Shown here: piece after piece, positions 60,894 through 64,000 of the stretch
Numbering within the stretch: the first letter of the stretch is position 1
Layout: every line of letters begins with the position of its first letter
From: Candidatus Moraniibacteriota bacterium
GTDB lineage: Bacteria > Patescibacteriota > Minisyncoccia > Moranbacterales > GCA-2747515
Reading direction: 5' to 3'
DNA: 64,000 nucleotides
NCBI GenBank assembly: GCA_016699795.1
Contig: CP065011.1
Location: 687,318-751,317 of the forward strand
Position numbers and translations under genes: made by a program
Notes under the pieces: model-generated
Databases searched by the model: none
What the model was told of the DNA's origin: nothing
Seen by the model: only the letters and a program-made list of their open reading frames with translations

Positions 60894-60916
60894 ATGCGAA
60901 ATTTTTTTTGTTTTTT
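60884..60916 (+). terminator. rho-independent terminator at end of second repeat copy
   Basis: TTTCGCAT-GT-ATGCGAAA hairpin followed by TTTTTTTTGTTTTTT. Confidence 0.6.
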
Positions 60917-60980
60917 CCTTCGTACTCAACCTTTTCCCCTGCGAAGGCGGGGAATTATTTGATTCTTTTTCCTTTCCCGT

Positions 60981-61048
60981 CCTTTCGATCGACAAGTCTT
61001 CGAGGAGTGGAGACTTAGTCCGCCTTTGGCGGAAAACTTTCCGGATTT
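60981..61048 (+). repeat. structured repeat family B, copy 1
   Basis: cgacaagtcttcgaggagtggagacttagtccgcctttggcggaaaac ~85% identical to 62560-62630; contains hairpins AAGTCT..AGACTT and TCCGCC-TTTG-GCGGA. Confidence 0.7.
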
Positions 61049-61067
61049 CCTTTTCGTTGTTCGGATT

Positions 61068-61107
61068 CCTCCCCCTTAGAAAAAGGGGGATTGAGGGGGA
61101 TTTTTTT
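61068..61107 (+). terminator. G/C hairpin plus T-run (CCCCCTT-AGAAA-AAGGGGG ..GGGGGATTTTTTT)
   Basis: Inverted repeat followed by 7-T run. Confidence 0.35.
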
Positions 61108-61124
61108 CCGTCTTTGTGAGCATA

Positions 61125-61182
61125 GCGAAGTAATCCAGAAATTCAGATGGACCGCCACGTCGCGGACTCCTCGCGGAGACGG
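61125..61182 (+). repeat. structured repeat family A, copy 1 (core AATCCAGAAATTC.GATGGACCGCCACG-var-CTCGCGGAGACGG)
   Basis: Shares >85% core identity with copies at 61219, 61385, 62761, 62864. Confidence 0.75.
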
Positions 61183-61218
61183 AAAAAGAGTCATTGCGAG
61201 GAGGAGTCTTCGAGTGAA

Positions 61219-61274
61219 GTGGCAATCCAGAAATTCGGATGGACCGCCACGTCGAGGACTCCTCGCGGAATCGG
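61219..61274 (+). repeat. repeat family A, copy 2
   Basis: ggcAATCCAGAAATTCGGATGGACCGCCACGtcgaggactCCTCGCGGAATCGG. Confidence 0.75.
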
Positions 61275-61285
61275 AGATCCAGCAT

Positions 61286-61314
61286 TTCACAAAAAACACA
61301 AAATATTCTATACT
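61286..61314 (+). promoter_or_regulatory. strong sigma70-like promoter TTCACA-17-TATACT (copy 1 of duplicated promoter)
   Basis: Near-consensus -35/-10 with 17-nt spacer; identical architecture duplicated 171 bp downstream. Confidence 0.5.
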
Positions 61315-61384
61315 AAAAAAAGAAAAGAGAGATTTCCATCAAAGGCGAGATGAAACAATCCATTGATCCGTCTTTGCGAGTGTA

Positions 61385-61444
61385 GCGAAGCAATCCAGGA
61401 ATTTCGGATGGACCGCCACGGCTGAGTACAGCCTCGCGGAATCG
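61385..61444 (+). repeat. repeat family A, copy 3 (variable segment forms GGCTG-AGTA-CAGCC hairpin)
   Basis: gcgaagcAATCCAGGAATTTCGGATGGACCGCCACGgctgagtacagcCTCGCGGAATCG. Confidence 0.75.
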
Positions 61445-61456
61445 AAGATCCAGTAT

Positions 61457-61485
61457 TTCACAAAAAACACAAAACATCCTATACT
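61457..61485 (+). promoter_or_regulatory. strong sigma70-like promoter TTCACA-17-TATACT (copy 2), ~60 nt upstream of DUF1566 gene
   Basis: TTCACA 61457-61462, TATACT 61480-61485. Confidence 0.55.
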
Positions 61486-61548
61486 AAAAAAAGAAAAAAG
61501 ATTATTTCACAAACAAAAAAAAGAACATTTATTATACAATAAAATAGT

Positions 61549-62520
61549 ATGATGTTTACGAAAAAAAATACTCCCCCCAAACTACAAAGAACTCTTGATG
61601 GAATACGAAAAGAAAAAAACAATACTTATTCTATAAAAGAAAAAAAAGAAATCTCTCTTTCTTCTTTTTTTTCTTTCCTCTCCAAAAAAAGAAAACTCAC
61701 TTCTACTTTCCTCTTAACCATTCTTATCTTAGGAGGAGTCTCTTTTTTCTTTTCAAAAAATATAAAAGGAGCAACGTATGGATGGATTCAAAGTAGTTGG
61801 ATAGGAGGAGTAACAGTAAATACTGCTACACATACCAATAATCAAGAAAACTGGACGGAGTATGCTTCCAAAGATTCTAATATTCAAGCAGATGCAAGTG
61901 GTGTAACGATTACGGGGACGAATAATAGTTGGGTAGAGACGAGTGATGCGGACTTTAACGATGGATCATTTGCCCAAACCTATACAACGGGAAATGCTAT
62001 TTATACCCAAAAACCTTTTGGTGCTACTTGCACTACGAATGCACAATGCTCTAATGGAGGGGATGAGGGAACTACTGGGGGACTCTGCTCAGGAGGAATA
62101 TGTACCGATCCCTGGCAGACAGGACCATGTGCTGGTATCTATGTTCATGCCTACAATGCATCGGGAACGTATATGTGGAAAACAACACAAACTAACTGTG
62201 ATACTCCTCAGTGCGGACTCAATGGAGGACAAAATGATGATAATCTCGTCGCCGATAATTCCGTAGATTTCTCACTGTACCCTGCGCGAAATGCATGTAA
62301 GAATATGGGAGAAGGAGGAAGGCTTCCTACTCTTTTAGAGTTTCAGTGTATTTATACCAACCGAGCTGTTTATGATGACTATGGTGGACTTTCGACTTAT
62401 CATTGGTTAAACACAGAAAATTCTACTACGTACGCACACTATTTTGACAGTACTGTTGCTCGTGGAGGAGTTTATCATAAGACGAACAGCTATTCCGTCA
62501 GGTGTGTTCGTGGACAATGA
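61549..62520 (+). CDS. secreted DUF1566 / Lcl C-terminal (Fibrobacter major paralogous, C-type-lectin-fold) domain protein with Cys/Gly-rich middle
   Basis: N-terminal TM/signal anchor; C-terminus GGRLPTLLEF..YHWLNTE..YSVRCVRGQ matches DUF1566 hallmarks (RLPT..EL and terminal VRCVR). Confidence 0.65.
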   Translation: MMFTKKNTPPKLQRTLDGIRKEKNNTYSIKEKKEISLSSFFSFLSKKRKLTSTFLLTILILGGVSFFFSKNIKGATYGWIQSSWIGGVTVNTATHTNNQENWTEYASKDSNIQADASGVTITGTNNSWVETSDADFNDGSFAQTYTTGNAIYTQKPFGATCTTNAQCSNGGDEGTTGGLCSGGICTDPWQTGPCAGIYVHAYNASGTYMWKTTQTNCDTPQCGLNGGQNDDNLVADNSVDFSLYPARNACKNMGEGGRLPTLLEFQCIYTNRAVYDDYGGLSTYHWLNTENSTTYAHYFDSTVARGGVYHKTNSYSVRCVRGQ

Positions 62521-62559
62521 TCCCCTCTCTTTTTTTCGACCGACAAACTTTCTTCCCTT

Positions 62560-62630
62560 CGTCTTTTCGACCGACGAGTCTTCGAGGAGTGGAGATTTGG
62601 TCCGCCTTTAGCGAAAAACTCTCAGGATTT
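62560..62630 (+). repeat. structured repeat family B, copy 2
   Basis: cgaccgacgagtcttcgaggagtggagatttggtccgcctttagcgaaaaac; partial third copy ttcgaccgacaaac at 62536. Confidence 0.7.
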
Positions 62631-62760
62631 TTTTCTTTTTCCCCGTGAAGACGGGGATCCAGTATTAAAGGAGTACAGAAGAGAAATTTCTCCACTCGTT
62701 CGCGCTGCTCACTCGGTCGAAAAGACGGAAATCCGAGTCATTGCGATCCCGCCGTGGCGG

Positions 62761-62828
62761 GAGAAGCAATCCAGGAATTCGGATGGACCGCCACGCTTTC
62801 TCGAAGACTCGAAATCTCGCGGAGACGG
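62761..62828 (+). repeat. repeat family A, copy 4
   Basis: gagaagcAATCCAGGAATTCGGATGGACCGCCACGctttctcgaagactcgaaatCTCGCGGAGACGG. Confidence 0.75.
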
Positions 62829-62863
62829 AAAATGCGTCATTGCGAGGAGCGAGTCCGCGAAGT

Positions 62864-62919
62864 GACGAAGCAATCCAGAGTTAATTTCTGGACCGCTTCG
62901 CAGAGCCTCGCGGAGACGG
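62864..62919 (+). repeat. repeat family A, copy 5 (diverged core)
   Basis: gacgaagcAATCCAGagttaatttcTGGACCGCttcgcagagcCTCGCGGAGACGG. Confidence 0.6.
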
Positions 62920-62989
62920 AGTTGAAGATATGTAAAGATGACAAAAAACTTTGGAAATATTCTTTTTTCTATGGTATGCTGTATCTTGT

Positions 62990-64000
62990 ATGAATAGAGT
63001 AAAACAAAAGAAACAGAGAACCTTCTTTTGGATGTATGCGATCGTTTTTTCTTTCGCTTGTTTTGGTATGTTCTCGGGTGAAGTGAGGGCGTATACTATC
63101 AAAACATCGTACACTTCTTCCGTACAAGAATACCCCGCCTCCACGCGATTTGGCACACTCACCTGGACCGATACCTTTACAGGAAATAATCCTGCAACAT
63201 TGGGTTCCAATACCACTATAGAAGTTCGTGGAGGTAACATCCTCGTACCTGATGGATCATGGACTGCGTGGGTAAATATTTCCAAAGGAGGAAGTCTTTC
63301 TCCTATCGATTGGAATCGTTGGGTACAGTATCGAATAAACTTTGACTATGAAGATCCCAATGCCGTCCCCGGAGTTTCCGACGTAACGATTTCTACGTAT
63401 TCGGGAATGCTTACGTCTTCTATTTATGATACAAAAAATTTTACCACGAGAGTGAAATCGCTTTCTTGGGATGAGGTACTTCCCGGTGGAGGCGCAAATG
63501 CTATTTTTCAGATTCGTACTTCACCCAACAATGTGACATGGAGTCCATGGTGCGGACCAGATAATGGCACGTCAGGAACATGTAATAGTTCCGCATGGTT
63601 TGGAGATTCTTCGGGTGCGGAGAATGTAGAAACATTGTTTAGTGGAGTGGATGTATCGGGAATTCAACGAAATCGATATATTCAGTGTCGTTTGGCTCTT
63701 TTTTCCGATGGAGCGAATATCCCGAGCGTTTCTCGTATCTTGGTAGATTATGAAAATGATGAGATGCTTCCTCCTTCTTGGTTAGGAACAGAGAAACTCT
63801 ATAGGGGATCTGTCAAAGACACCGGAGGACCTTCTCGTTTTTCCTCTCTTTCTTTTACGGCGATTCCTTCAGGAAATGCTACGATAAAAATGTTTCTTCG
63901 AGCAGGAAACGTACCAACTCCTGATAATTCATGGAGTGAATTTGTAGAAGTCTCTAATGGAGGATCAGCAGATTCTATCTCGGGCAATCGCTATGTTCAA
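62990..64000 (+). CDS. secreted hypothetical protein, 3'-partial (runs off window end); not in ORF track because no stop within window
   Basis: ATG at 62990, open frame for 337 codons to position 64000; MNRVKQKKQRTFFWMYAIVFSFACFGMFSGEVRA signal peptide; Thr/Ser/Asn/Trp-rich. Confidence 0.6.
   Translation, partial: MNRVKQKKQRTFFWMYAIVFSFACFGMFSGEVRAYTIKTSYTSSVQEYPASTRFGTLTWTDTFTGNNPATLGSNTTIEVRGGNILVPDGSWTAWVNISKGGSLSPIDWNRWVQYRINFDYEDPNAVPGVSDVTISTYSGMLTSSIYDTKNFTTRVKSLSWDEVLPGGGANAIFQIRTSPNNVTWSPWCGPDNGTSGTCNSSAWFGDSSGAENVETLFSGVDVSGIQRNRYIQCRLALFSDGANIPSVSRILVDYENDEMLPPSWLGTEKLYRGSVKDTGGPSRFSSLSFTAIPSGNATIKMFLRAGNVPTPDNSWSEFVEVSNGGSADSISGNRYVQ

Noticed and set aside
61015-61366. ORF-track peptides 61015..61299(-), 61076..61285(-), 61091..61366(+), 61147..61353(+), 62498..62695(-), 62754..62993(+)
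   Set aside because: They are generated by the repeat families, e.g. the recurring FGWTATSRTPRG. They overlap each other on both strands and lack starts with RBS. They are treated as non-coding repeat sequence.
60920-62990. CRISPR array
   Set aside because: Repeats are not identical, spacing is irregular (34 to ~1300 nt), the units are not short palindromic direct repeats with unique spacers, and there are no cas genes.
62521-62990. DGR template repeat downstream of the DUF1566 gene
   Set aside because: No segment here or elsewhere in the window resembles the gene's 3' end. Only a chance 9-mer match was seen. The DGR idea is kept only as a hypothesis needing sequence outside the window.

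Overview
This is an AT-rich bacterial chromosomal segment with small, divergent proteins, weak Shine-Dalgarno usage, many secreted or membrane hypothetical proteins and a frequent TATACT -10 box. The gene content and divergence suggest a Candidate-Phyla-Radiation/Patescibacteria-like organism, but that is inference only.

Recognisable housekeeping genes:
- Translation and tRNA modification: tgt (5'-partial), mnmA, prfB with the conserved CTT-TGA-C programmed +1 frameshift, lepA, and a def-fmt pair with overlapping ends.
- Replication: a priA-like gene with degenerate helicase motifs.
- Central metabolism: a fba-gap operon and tkt.
- Protein quality control and folding: a U32 peptidase, htrA, a lipoprotein cyclophilin, a parvulin-type isomerase and a membrane-anchored ClpA/B-like ATPase.
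- Other: an ftsB-like gene, a Bcp peroxiredoxin and a COG0523 GTPase.

Two tRNAs are present, Gln-CUG and Lys-UUU. Each is followed within about 150 bp by a partial copy of its own 3' end.

Accessory content:
- Two adjacent genes (807-4703) each encode a tandem two-domain GH130-like protein.
- A small VirB2/TrbC-like secreted membrane protein sits at 4788-5231.
- A MacAB-type efflux cluster with an embedded lipoprotein lies on the minus strand at 27577-31207.
- A P-type ATPase carries a CAD motif instead of CPC in TM6.
- An envelope-glycan cluster contains a cellulose-synthase-like GT2, a WecA/MraY-like transferase, a Wzx-like flippase and an ArnC-like GT2.
- A block at 34970-45630 comprises a 1609-aa coiled-coil/TM/repeat giant protein, two small acidic proteins, a VirD4/TraD-like coupling ATPase and a divergent 796-aa membrane protein.
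- A repeat-dense island at 60650-62990 lies next to tRNA-Lys. It holds at least two undescribed structured repeat families and a duplicated strong sigma70 promoter (TTCACA-17-TATACT). These flank a secreted DUF1566 (C-type-lectin-fold) protein gene. Such genes are frequent targets of diversity-generating retroelements, but no template repeat or reverse transcriptase is visible in this window.
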